Assembly: GCA_001643675.2 (NCBI GenBank)
Contig: LSRY02000005.1
Span: forward strand, 124,001 to 188,000
Reading direction: 5' to 3'
Length of the DNA stretch: 64,000 bases
From: Monocercomonoides exilis PA203
Taxonomy: Eukaryota > Protista > Preaxostyla
A program made the position numbers and the translations under genes. This document shows positions 50,401 through 62,400 of the stretch, piece after piece. Positions within the stretch are counted from its first letter, which is position 1. Every line of letters starts with the position of its first letter. The notes under the pieces were generated by a model. That model searched no databases, was not told the DNA's origin, and worked only from the letters and a program-made list of their open reading frames with translations.

Positions 50401-53400
50401 CTTTTGATTGAAAGCGGAACGATGGATCTGTCTCAGGAACAACAGGGGAGCCATTTGCAGAGTCTGCAATGGAAGAAGAAAGCAGGCTGGATGAGCTTGT
50501 CGTGATGCACCGAAGACAAACAGTTTGCCCAGGTGTGATTGTCGGTGGAGCAGAAGCGTTGTAGTAAAGCCATTCCATATACTCACCAAATTCGCTATTC
50601 ACTTTCGTAACAGAGTTTGTGCTTTCAGAGGATGGTGCTGTCGAATAAGTTGAATTAAGTATTTCAGCAGAGACACTCGAAAAGGCATATTCAATATGAG
50701 AATATTGCGGGTTGTTCGGATTAATAGCTGGAAGGACAACATATTGTGAAGGACTCGTTAAAATGGAGGAAGAACTGATATCATCAGAAGAACTCTGCGA
50801 AGATGCACCAAAAAGCGGAGGAAGAAGGAACTTTCGAACATAAACTTCTGTGGAAGTTGATGGAGATGCCCTGACTTCAACCGAGTGCTGTATCAATGAA
50901 GAGTCAATTGTTGTATGTGCAGTTGTTGAAAGCCAAGAGCTGCATTTCATTGAATAATGCGGAATAAACTTCAGAGGCCTGCTGCCTGTGTGTATCAGAT
51001 GGAGAGTGTCAGTGAACAGTTCATCATCAACTTCATCCCATTCATCGACAAAGCCTTCCTGGCTCAGCCGTTCATTTCTGCACTGCCTCAAAGAATCTCT
51101 TCGAAATGGGTCAATCAACGTAACAGCTGCAATTTTTGTCCGAGCATAGTCTTTCTCCACAACAGTTAAAAGTGGATGAATTGATGAATCTTCTTCGTTT
51201 TCTGATTCTTCTATTCTTTCACACTCCAAATGCAACGAATACGACGACATGTTCCGCATCGTTGAGCTTCCTGAAGCGGTATTGAACCTTCTTCCACTAT
51301 TCCATTTCCAACCATTCCTTTTATTCTCATTCCTTCTGAAATTACTTTCATTTGAAGTTCCAAGCAAATTCGTTGAAGGCCAATTGACGATAACAGCCTC
51401 TCCTTCCTTTAAGACATTGTTGCTGGTTTTCTCTCCATTCAGAGAATTTCTTGAATTGCGAGAAAGTTTTCTATTCGTTTCACGATTATCATTTACTTTC
51501 CCTATCCTTCTAAACGAGTTTCCTTTTGCCAATGCACTGTTTGCAGTATTTGAAGAAGAGAAAGAGAATGATGGAGCCACTTGCAAATAAGGCGAAGTAC
51601 CAAGTGGAGCTTTGGAAACAGGAAGTTCAGAAGGCGTTGAAGGAACAGAAGGAACTTGTGTGAAATTGATGTCTGATGGCGAAGCACGGGGATACTTTGA
51701 GAACAACGATGACTCAGAAGATGACTCATCAATTGCAACACAAGAAAAGGGCGAAAGACGTTTGTGTATGCGAGTCATCTCTTCATCAATTATTCTGTCA
51801 ACTTCTTCTTTTGAAGAAGCATCTGATACCAATTCAGTCCAGTTGAGCGACAACCCCATCGCATCGCAGAAGAGCTTCAGTCTTGTTGCCTGCTGATTGT
51901 TAGATTTTGCCTGTGGATCTTCTGACGATTCATGAATCAATTGCACAAGCCAGTCTCTGAACACATTTTCCCTCTTCAGCAGAAAAGGAATTGTGTTCGG
52001 ATGGAAGCGTGAGTGAATAGATGCCATCACACACCCAGCTTTTGCTGCCACATCCAACGGAGCATGGAGCACAAGAGGAATCCCAAGCGCATATTGTGAA
52101 AGAGGAGAAGAAGCAGAAAGATTTGTAATTAACTTGCTTGGGTTCTCAACAGAAAGATATGCACTCCATGTAAAGTCACGATTTCTTCTATAATCTCCTC
52201 TTCCTCCAGAAATAATCCGGATGCCTGTAATCTGCTTCCACTCTGTGCCCAGATCAAATGTGACAACACTTCTATTCAAAAAGGATGCCCTCTTCATCTC
52301 AGAAAAGTGTCTTGACCATATTCCATGAAGTCTGCCATTTGGAGGCTGGGCTTCTTCAGCTTCTTGTTTTGATGAAATTAAACTGAAATCCCCAAAGAAA
52401 ATTCCTCTTCTCCGTCCAGCTGGTGCGATCTTGATGAGATGCTTTAAATACTCCTTGTTGTTCATTCTGCTTTCTTCTTCTTCCTCCAAACGCGCAAGAA
52501 GCGTCTCTTCTTCCTCACTTTCAGCAGAACGAGTCACTGACTGAGGGATAATCCTTCTGCACATGTCCAATTTCCCCCATTTTTCTTTGGTATCATCCTC
52601 GTCACTTTCAGCATCATTAATTGATTGCGACTGACCAAGAGCTGATTGTCTCGATTTTTTCGTTGTCCATTCGCAGCTCGCCAAAGGAATCAATAAATCT
52701 TCATTCAACGGACCTTCTTTTTCTATTTCTTGCTGGCTTATGACCTTTGATATCACTTCAATCCTCTCCACAAAGCAGATGCTGGCTTCAAACACAATAG
52801 TCAAAAAGCGTGCGCCTGCTGCATTCCAAGCAGAAATATGATTTGAATCACATACACACGGAAGAGCTGGCGGCATTTTTAATTGTTCATCTAAATCTGC
52901 CAATGATACATAATTATCAACTGGACGCACAAAACTCATTCCAGATGGACATTTCGTATGAAAAAGCCTCGAACTAGGAAGTGTTGCCTCGAATGAGTTT
53001 TCATCGGATATCTGACTCACAGGAGGCGATAGTTTCATCTCATAGCCAACAACACTAAATGGGTGATGGGGATTTGCATTCATTTCTATCATTTCTGCAA
53101 CAAACTGAGCATACGGAAGCTGATGAATATTGCCTTTTTCTTCAATATCAGTTCCGTCGATAGACTTCATCTTCTGCCCATTAAAAGGCGAAACAGGAAT
53201 ATTTCGAAGTTTCAAAGGAACACTATTGTTGACATCCTCGTCATTGACCATTCCATACCATTCATCCGCTTCAAAAGTCAAACCTTGTTTTATCCGATTT
53301 CCAAACGGAGAAATGAGATTTGACAACGGCGTCTGCTCTTTTGGAAGATTGCCAGGTATTTCTCCGTTGCCCTTTTGCTGAGTCCTTCCATTTTGTTCAA

Positions 53401-56174
53401 GCCTTGCGTAATATATTGATTTCTCTCTTTCTTTTTGCATCCAATCTTCAGCAAATGCATCCTCAAATAGCTCATTGATAATTTTTCCCGCTTCGTCCAT
53501 CACGCAATACCCTCTTTCATCCATCTTTCCTTTCGCACACTTTTTCCCGAATTTCATTCGTTCCTCGATCAATTCAACAGAATCACCGTCATCTTCAGAA
53601 TACCCTGCAAGGCGCATTCCGTATGTGTTATAATATCCCAATACCATTTTTCGTTGATACGCAAACATGAAATCCGTTGTATTTAAATTTAAATTACCAT
53701 TAATGTGGATATCGTCGATGGCGCCTATAACTCTACGGCGGCGGTGTTCAACAAGATGACATGCTTCTTGATTCTCCATTGCTGTTGATTCAGCTGAAGT
53801 GCAGGTATCATTCCTTTCAAAATCAACGTTTTCACCTCCAATAACAACATCGGAATCTTCGTCTATGCTTATGTCTGTGAATCGATCAAAATGAACAGGC
53901 CCAGCAATTTCTTCTCCATTACAAAAAAAGAATACCGAAACATTGTGCATCAAAGCAGCTACATGCACCCACTTGTTAAAGGGGAAAATTGCTGTATGGC
54001 TTCTGTTTCCCAAGCCTTCATCGCCTACACTGCTGTAATTGGAGCACGCGCTGCTTCTCGAACTTTTATGATAAATAAATAAATTACCCATTACATCTCC
54101 GTTCTCGTTCACATCTTGCACTTCAATCCCAAATCTCCAATATCCCTCTAAAGAAAGAATATCAATATGAATTGAACACTTCTCTCCTTCCTTGTTCTTT
54201 TTGACTGTATCTTTTAATATGTCATCATCTTTTCCGTTTCGAAGGAGAACCCATGCTTCCACAACTGCTGCAGATTCTTCGAAATAACTTTGACTATTTA
54301 ACTGAACGAACTTCGTAAGGTTATCTTTCTTGATTGCAAATGAAGCCTGGCGATATGGAGCTATGCTTGCAGAGATATTGGATAAGGTCTTATTAGTGGA
54401 ATTAGGATGAGTTGCATATGCCAGCATCGAATGAAATGAAGAATGAACTGAATATAGCTCTTCGTTAGAAGGTCTATTTGAGCTTAATTTGGAGACGTGC
54501 TTGTATTGAAACAATTGATCAGATGGACTGAAATACACCTTCAGCGATGTCGTAGGCAAATACTTTGAAAAATACAAGACTTTATTGAACGACGGAAAAC
54601 GTTTTTCATCGGGCTGCTCTTTCAAAAAAACTGTTTTGGTTGCATCTGAAATAAACGATATATTAAAGCTTGTGTGAATTGTGTTAAAGCAATATGAAGG
54701 ATTTGCAATAATATTCTGAGATATGGAATCATCAAGTAAGTCTTCTCTGGAGACATCTCCAAAAAAGCTCCTGGAAGCGTCAGTTAAATCAAAACTTGTT
54801 GCCGCATATGCTAATGGTAATGAATAGGATGCATGGGTCTCTATTAAAGTGGATGAATCGTTAGAATGAAAATTCAAAACGCCATATTCTTCTAAATCTT
54901 CAAATGAAACATAATAATCGTCATCGCTGTTGTTGTAAGGATTCTCATCCATTAAGCAATAGCGAAAAGGAGATGGGGGAGCATTATCAATGACATCATA
55001 AGTTATTGGAACAATTTGCGACAATTCCATAAGTTGTTGAAGTTGCTGCTTTAAAATCTTCAATTTACTATTGCAACTTTTGCTTAATCGATCACTGTTA
55101 ATAGATGAGATTCCTTCTGTACACAATAAAAAATAATACTTTTATAAAAATGGTGAAATTCATTAAATAAAATTTGATAATATAAATATAAATCGTAATT
55201 CATACATTTTCAAAAGGTTTAAACATTTCGGAAATATAATTAATAAAAAGTTCACTTCTTGTTTTTGGATCTAAAGATGAATTCATAACATTTTCCGAAG
55301 CAAATACAATGACAAAAGATAATGAAGTTGTATGCAAAGTTGCCATCGTAAGAATATATTCTTCCAAATTTGATATTAATCTATCAGTATTTTGAATATC
55401 ACAAGTGAGGTTTGTTGGATCATTGATACACAGAGAGCTATACGCACTTAATAATTCACGCACATATGCATCTTTTCTTTCAAACGAAGAATTTGCTGCA
55501 GTCATGTATGTTTGCTCGTTAAGAAGCCTAGAAAGATTTGCAAACGCATCATTCACCTTTTGTTTGTCCAATTGATTGCTAGCGAAAAGTGTATCGAAGA
55601 ATTTTATCCATCCACTAGAATTATTTTTAATTTTTGCATAATTAACAATAAGAGTAAAAAAATCTCTCAAGGAACTATAAAGATCGTCTTCTCTCAGAGG
55701 AGAAGTTATCTCTTTTGATCTGATAATATCTGGTATTCGATTCAAAATGTTAACCTTCAATTCCCATTTTTCTAGAAGATTATGAACAGAATAAATTCTA
55801 CCTCCAAATTGTTCAAACATAGCGCATTCAACAATACTGCTATTCTGAAGACTCTTTATCATCGAATAGTTTGGATCTTTTTTATCAACATAGGTGCAAT
55901 GAAAACTGGTAGGATTATAATAAGAAATATCTTTAATATTCAATTGACAATTACAATCTTCATCGATTTGAATGGATGTAATTGATTGAAGAACAACAAC
56001 TTAAAAAAAGATAAAGCCAAATTTATTGTTGGACATTTTCAAAAAATAGATAAACAGCAAACTTAAACGAGAGATCAATGAAGATATTTGCAATTCATCA
56101 TAATTATTTTTTTCGTTTCCTTGACTTTGCCCCAAAAGCGTTAAAAGCAGCACATACATAAAAATTAATTTCAT
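47417..56174 (-). CDS. Large type-I membrane protein (~2,850 aa): signal peptide, LamG/ConA-like and discoidin-like ectodomain motifs, TM helix, cytoplasmic B-box-like zinc fingers
   Basis: Exon 1 56174-56063 (MKLIFMYVLLLTLLGQSQG) splices in phase to 55999. The second intron at ~55.1-55.25 kb has an unresolved junction. Then follows ORF 47417..55126. Motifs: FPFNKWVHVAALMHNVSVFFFCNG...VVIGG...GAIDDIHI (LamG-like), VTFDLGTEWKQITGIRII (discoidin-like), TM YLLIVITVCMAIPVLLMVLISVIG, and C-terminal CDVC...C..C...LC..C...IH...H. Confidence 0.75.
49055..49097. repeat. (GAGGAA)n/(GAG)n simple repeat encoding poly-Ser on the minus strand
   Basis: Read directly; matches the poly-S tract in ORF 47417..55126. 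Confidence 0.8.
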
Positions 56175-56467
56175 CCTAATATATTTAGCAATAATTTTAA
56201 AAAAGAACCCATAAAAAGTCGAAAGGAAAAATTGAAGCAAGCTTATCTTGATAAATTGAATGTTATTCGACAAAAATATTTAGAAAATTTATTTTGAATT
56301 ATGTTGAAAAGCTTCCAATGTTTTTGTTTGATTGAATTTCCTCAGAATAAGTTGACCTGACGAAATTTTTAAAAAGTTTGTGATGGGTATGTTTGGGTTT
56401 AATTCAATGAATAGACGAGAAAACCCATTGCAAATTTTTTCTAATTTCAAACCGTCACTCTTTGAAA
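56175..56467. promoter_or_regulatory. Probable bidirectional promoter between two giant membrane-protein genes
   Basis: Divergent signal-peptide ATGs at 56174 (-) and 56468 (+), 293 bp apart. Inferred from geometry. Confidence 0.45.
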
Positions 56468-59400
56468 ATGAAAGTTTTTCAAGTACTTCAATTTATTTTG
56501 ATTTTTGTTATAAAAGTGAGTAATTTGCAAACTTTTGATGATATTGCACTCAGTTTGAATTTTGGAGAACTTAATAATTGAATTCAAGATTTTCCATTTT
56601 AACTTTATAATTTTTCAGGAATTATATCTCATTCCAATACCATTGAAAATAATGAAACAACCGTGTGGGTTCGCTTCAACAAGGAAATAATGTTTCGTTA
56701 TCCAGAATACCCTGAGCCAATAAATTATGCAGATGGCATTGGACATTGGGGAGAATGCCCCCTGAGTAATTCCATTGTGTGGACTACCAACGCGAAATTT
56801 AACACATCGTCAATTAAATCTTTAAGGTGCTTTGAAAATCCCAATGGAACTTTTGACAAGAAGATTTTGGGCATTACATTTGAAGAAACAAGCAGTAAAC
56901 AAATTTTCATACATATTTCCGATGATTTTATCGTGACTGTCATTGAGCATGTTGATATAATCGACAAAACAAGAATTACTCAAGATAGTGAACAATGCTC
57001 ATCATATTATTTTTATCTTCCAATGTCGTCTGTTCCAATAATCCCTGAGGATGAATTAAACGAAACAATGGGAATTCCATGTACAAATGGTTGCTATGAT
57101 GACGAAAAAGGAGAAGAATATTTTTATAGTCAAATTGTTCCTATTTCTACAGCACCAACATCTTTAGAAATACCAATTCCAAATGATACAAACAAAATTA
57201 TCAACATTGCAACAATATTTGACTCAGATATTTTTACTCCAACAGTTTCAATGAATTCAGATGATGAAAACGAAACATCATGGACCGTCAAATTGAATGC
57301 ATCGATTTCGTCAAACGATTCAATTGAATCAACAATCCAAAAACCATTGTCTATACAGGACAATCAAAACAACACGTATTATGCCTATATCAACATGTCA
57401 ATTCATGCACTTAGAAATACAACAAAAGTGCTATTCAATGCAACAACTATGAACCAAGTGACTCCAACAAAAGAAATGATTTTTAGGGGAGTCAATCATT
57501 TAGAAAGGCTTGAGAGAATTCAGAAGTTTGATGAAGGATTTTGCATGGCTGCATCAAACTCGGGAGGTTTCATTTTGAATGGGAATAGTTGCAGTATTGA
57601 GAATAGAAATATGGTTGTTTATTCTGGATCAAATATAAGCTACATTACATTCCTCGATAGCCCAGAAGGGGAATTAGCGAAACTTGAACTGTTGGTTTCA
57701 AATATATCACTACCAGCAAAACTGAAAAGGTCTGCAGCAATATCAGAAGATCTTGTTGTTTTCTCGAACATAGATGAAGAAATATGGACTCTTTTAAATG
57801 TTGAACAAAACTACAATGTTGAGGAAGGGCTAAATTTGAACATTGACATCACAGCTTCAAATGGAACGAAAATTAACATTGCTAATGTTGATGCGGTTTG
57901 TATTTTCTTTTGTATTTTCTATTTTATTTTTATTTTTTCCTTTCTCCTTAATCCTTTTTCTTTTTTCCTTTCGTTTCCTTCTTTCTTTGATTGCTTGCCA
58001 AAAATACAATATTTTTTTTATCAAAAATTTTCAAAGAATAATGAATCGAGCTTCAAAAACGATGTTAATGGGATTTCTTCTTTCAACTTTTCTCTTAATT
58101 CAACCGCGCCTTCATTCCCAAATCTTTCATCTTTCAAAACATCTGTCTATAAATCTGCCTACTATGATATATTTCAGTCATTGATGGGGATAGCTATTCC
58201 GTTTCGCTGCCCTCTGGATCAAGTGAAAAACAATCCATCTGGCTGTTCTCCACCACCGTCTCGTTGGCTCTCATATGACACCATGCGATTTGAGAGGACT
58301 TTTAAAGATAAGTTTATTTTACCAAGTTATAAAGCACCAAAATGTGGTAACATGTCATTAATCAACATGTTTTATTCAGTTCTGTTTAAGGACTCGGATG
58401 CCATTGATGATGAGATGTTCTGGACTAGTAAACCGATTTTGTGGGACAACAACCCACTCTGTACTCAGGGGATTGCACATTCTTTGAATAGTGGAAAAGG
58501 CGGATATCTTCCATTTGGAGATCTTGACAAGATTGATTCAGTTATCATTGAGAAACATTTGCCTCAAGCTCAACAGAATACAAATTCAAAAAATTCACAC
58601 TTGGATAACCCGTTTCTGAGAAAAGTATTCAATAGAGCCAATGTTTTGTACAATTCTTCATTGAATCAGCAAAATCAAATGAAACCAAATCCATTGGCAA
58701 GCTCTCCTCCACCAAAATTTTTACAAATTATTCGGATAGCAAAAAGAATTATTGTATTCTGCGAAAAATGTTTCTTACAAATTATTGAAAGCGTTCTGAG
58801 ACAGGCAATCAACTTTCTAACTTTTCTTACACCGAACACAAAATTGCATTCAAAAATAAATAATTTTGCTTTGATGATATCAAATTATCGTTCGAGCTTA
58901 TCTTCAAATAACCGTCAAGAGTTCGATTCAAATCTTACATCTTTTTCTGAAAACACTTCATCTTCTTCTTCATCTTCTTTATCATCGCCAACTCAACAAA
59001 TAAGAAGACAATTGTATTATCTTCCTTCAGAAGAGCCAAACAAAGGAAATGTTGTTGTGGAATTCAGGCCAAGCAGCTTCTCTTTTTCACTTGAAATAAA
59101 CGGTGCTCTTCTGGATATCACATTGCCTGATTGGATTGACGAAGAATGGGAACTTAATCAGAAAATCGTGATTGAAGAAGCCAACGACGGAGAAGAATGC
59201 ACAGTAACAGTTGACGTTCCATGGATCATCAATGTCCCAACAGCAAAAGTTACATTGAACGTTTCATTTGCAGGAAATGTTTCCTCATATTCACTTACAA
59301 GCAGGTTGAAGCCAAGCGATGAATCATCATCTTTTTCTTCTTCACGAAACCAAGAAGCAGCAGGCGACGTTCCAGACACTTTTTCGTTTAAGCTCTCAGC

Positions 59401-62400
59401 TGCCGCACTAACAGATATTAAGAAGGAGCGCGATGTTTCTGTTGTATTTGGCTTCTCGATGCTTCCTCTTTACACAGAGTCTCAAAAAAGCATTGCTGCA
59501 TCGCGTAAAAAGCAATTTGCATTTAATGTTACAACATACGTCAATTCCTTTAATCCTCCTGCGATCACTCCAGAATTCTGCAGCACGTGGGACGAGAACT
59601 ACTCGCAAAGTGGCTCCCCATCTTGGTACAACATTAGCTCTCTTAATGCTCAAAATGGCGCTGGAGTTTCAGTTGGAATAAGAGCACACGACAGAGAGCC
59701 AACAGTGACAACGTTGGATTTGTCAGTCGAAGAAGACGGACTGGAAAGGGTTTGCGAGTCATTTGTCACAACTTCAGTCTTTGGGAATAAAGGAGGAAAA
59801 GAAGGGAAAATCACAAGAACTCTAAAGATTGAGGTCGGATGGGATGCAGAGGGATCTAACGAGGCTGTAAATACTCCTTTGCCTTCAGTGTATCACATGG
59901 AATCAAATGGAACATGGGCAAAAGGAGAAGTTTCAGCAGACGGAGCGCACGCTGACTTTCGTCTCACAGAAGAGATGGATATTTTAGCTGCAAGTTCAGT
60001 TCATTCACACAGAAATGAAGTCGAAGAGGAAGTCTGCGTTGAAACAGAGAAAGAAGACAAGTGGATGATGTGCCTACCTCCGTTTGTGTATGTTGCACCA
60101 GAAGAAGCTCAAACATTGTTGAAAAATGTAAAGAGCAATGGAGTTCAGAACGAAGGGAATGAAGAAATGCCTTATCACAAAAGATATTCGTTCAATGAAC
60201 ATTACGGGCGTTTTCTTGGGAAAAAGAGGAGCGTCAAATTTATTGCCGAAGCTTCCGTGAAGGAGCCAGTTCCAACGGCAAATGACTTGAGAAAGAAGAA
60301 TTACACAATCTCTCTGAAAGATGAAATAACTGGTTCATTGGATTCTCTGCAGAACATACCTCAAGTGGAACTGGGAACACCTGTTCCTTATGCAAAATTG
60401 GGAAAGACATACACACACGACGTCGTTTATTCGATGACTGCCAACAGAAACGAAGAGGATTCCAAAGCAAAAAATGAGAACAATACCACAAATATTTTAA
60501 AGACACTGCAATCAAAGAGGAAAAATCTTCAACTTCACGATGGCGGCTTTACTCAAACAGTAATTAACCATTCAAATATCGTGCAAATTAGTGATTCTGA
60601 GCGCATTCTGATTGAACTGTCAAACGAAGATGAAGAGGCAGACGGAACAATCAGCTGGGCCATTAAGTTAGGCACAGGCTGGAAAAAAACTTCCTCTCTG
60701 GCAGGCAAACAAAACTCAGAAATAAAAACTAATCAGGCAGAACAAAGCACAGATATTTTCAATAAAGGGTTTGTTTTAGGTGTATTTATTCCAGCTGATG
60801 ATGCTTACGATATTGATGCTGAGGGAGTTGCTGTTATTCCAGAATCTACAAACGACGGTTCTTCTTTCACAGTTTCAAAGTCTGATAATATCGGTTTTTC
60901 ATCCAGAAAGCAAAACACTCGAAATGAAGAGGGATTCTACTGTTCGATAAATGCTTCTCTAACATCTGATCATGCTGTTACAATAAAAGGAAAAGCTGAC
61001 TTATCAAAAGCCTCAAGAAAGAACATGTCAATAACATTGACATTTACACTTCCAAAACTTTTACAGTCTCAACAATGCTCAAATTATCTAACAAAAGAAG
61101 AGGCCTTAGCTTTGAATTCAATAAACGACCAAATAAAGACTTTTGAGCGTTTTGCTATTATCGAGTTCTTTGCTTCCGTTGAAGGAATTAATGTTTCTGA
61201 TTCGACACCTCCGCCTCTTTCTCAAAATACCATCGAAGAGACAATCGAAATGTATATGCATCCATTCACTGTGGTAGATGCTGATCAAAGCACCTACGGG
61301 TTTCACTTGATTCCGCCTGTTCCATTACCTTCTTCAAAACCTCTTCCAACAGAAATACTTTCTTTAACATCGTCTTCTCCCATTCCCAATCTTTCTCTTG
61401 TTATCAATGAAACTACAATCACACCCAACACTAATTTATATGGCTCGTACCAGGAAAGCGTGTCATCTGTCCATCGTTTGATGTGCATTCTGACATTTTC
61501 TAATGATGGAAGCGAAGCAGCAAATGTTTCAGTGGAAATGAATGCGTCTTGCGTCTGGGAAACTGAACAAGGAGCTTTTCTTCAAAGAAATGCAATTGAT
61601 TCAGATGTCCAGACGATTAATTCTCAAGCATCATCTAATTTATCAACGAATGGTGAAACACTTGAAAATCCTCAAATAGTTTATGGTGTCTTGTTTGATG
61701 GTGATAACAAGACAGTTAATGGTGCTTCTCTTGAACACTCTGAAGATGGAACATGCAACTCAACTCCATCTTCAAAGGAAGTTACTGCACTTTTTGAGAT
61801 TGTGGTTCCTCCGCTCATTCAAAATAAAACATCATCTGCAACGAATGATTATTTGAAAGATGTCAAAAAGCTGTCAAGAAATGAGAGTGCAACTCAAAAT
61901 ATGGTCAATGCACCCGATGAACTGACACTTGATGAAAAATATGAATTGAATCAATACTATCAACAGTTTGAAGGAATCAAAAAGAGGGTTTTGGTAGACT
62001 TCACTGTTCGTGCCGATGACGGCTCCTCAAGCAATGAAAATGATGAAACAAATACACTGAAAGAGCACTTTGAGATTGAGATTAAGCCTCTCCCGTTTAA
62101 CTTCTACGAGTTCAACCAAGAAAAGCACGTCATGTTGGAGCCCACTTTTGTGTCACATCCTTCAGAACAGAAGGAAGGAGTTAGCCCTGATGAAAGTGAA
62201 CATTCTTCAAATGGAAATCAAATAATTGATTCGAAAAGCACAAGACTTCACTCAAGCAACGAAGAAGAAGACGCAAAATGTGTGCGTTCACTTGGCGGAA
62301 CAAGCCATTCAGAGCAGCTGCAGATATCTTTGGTTGTTGATTCTATTGACGAAGTTATTGATGAATATGCAATGGATCAAGAAGATACAAGCAACCAAAG

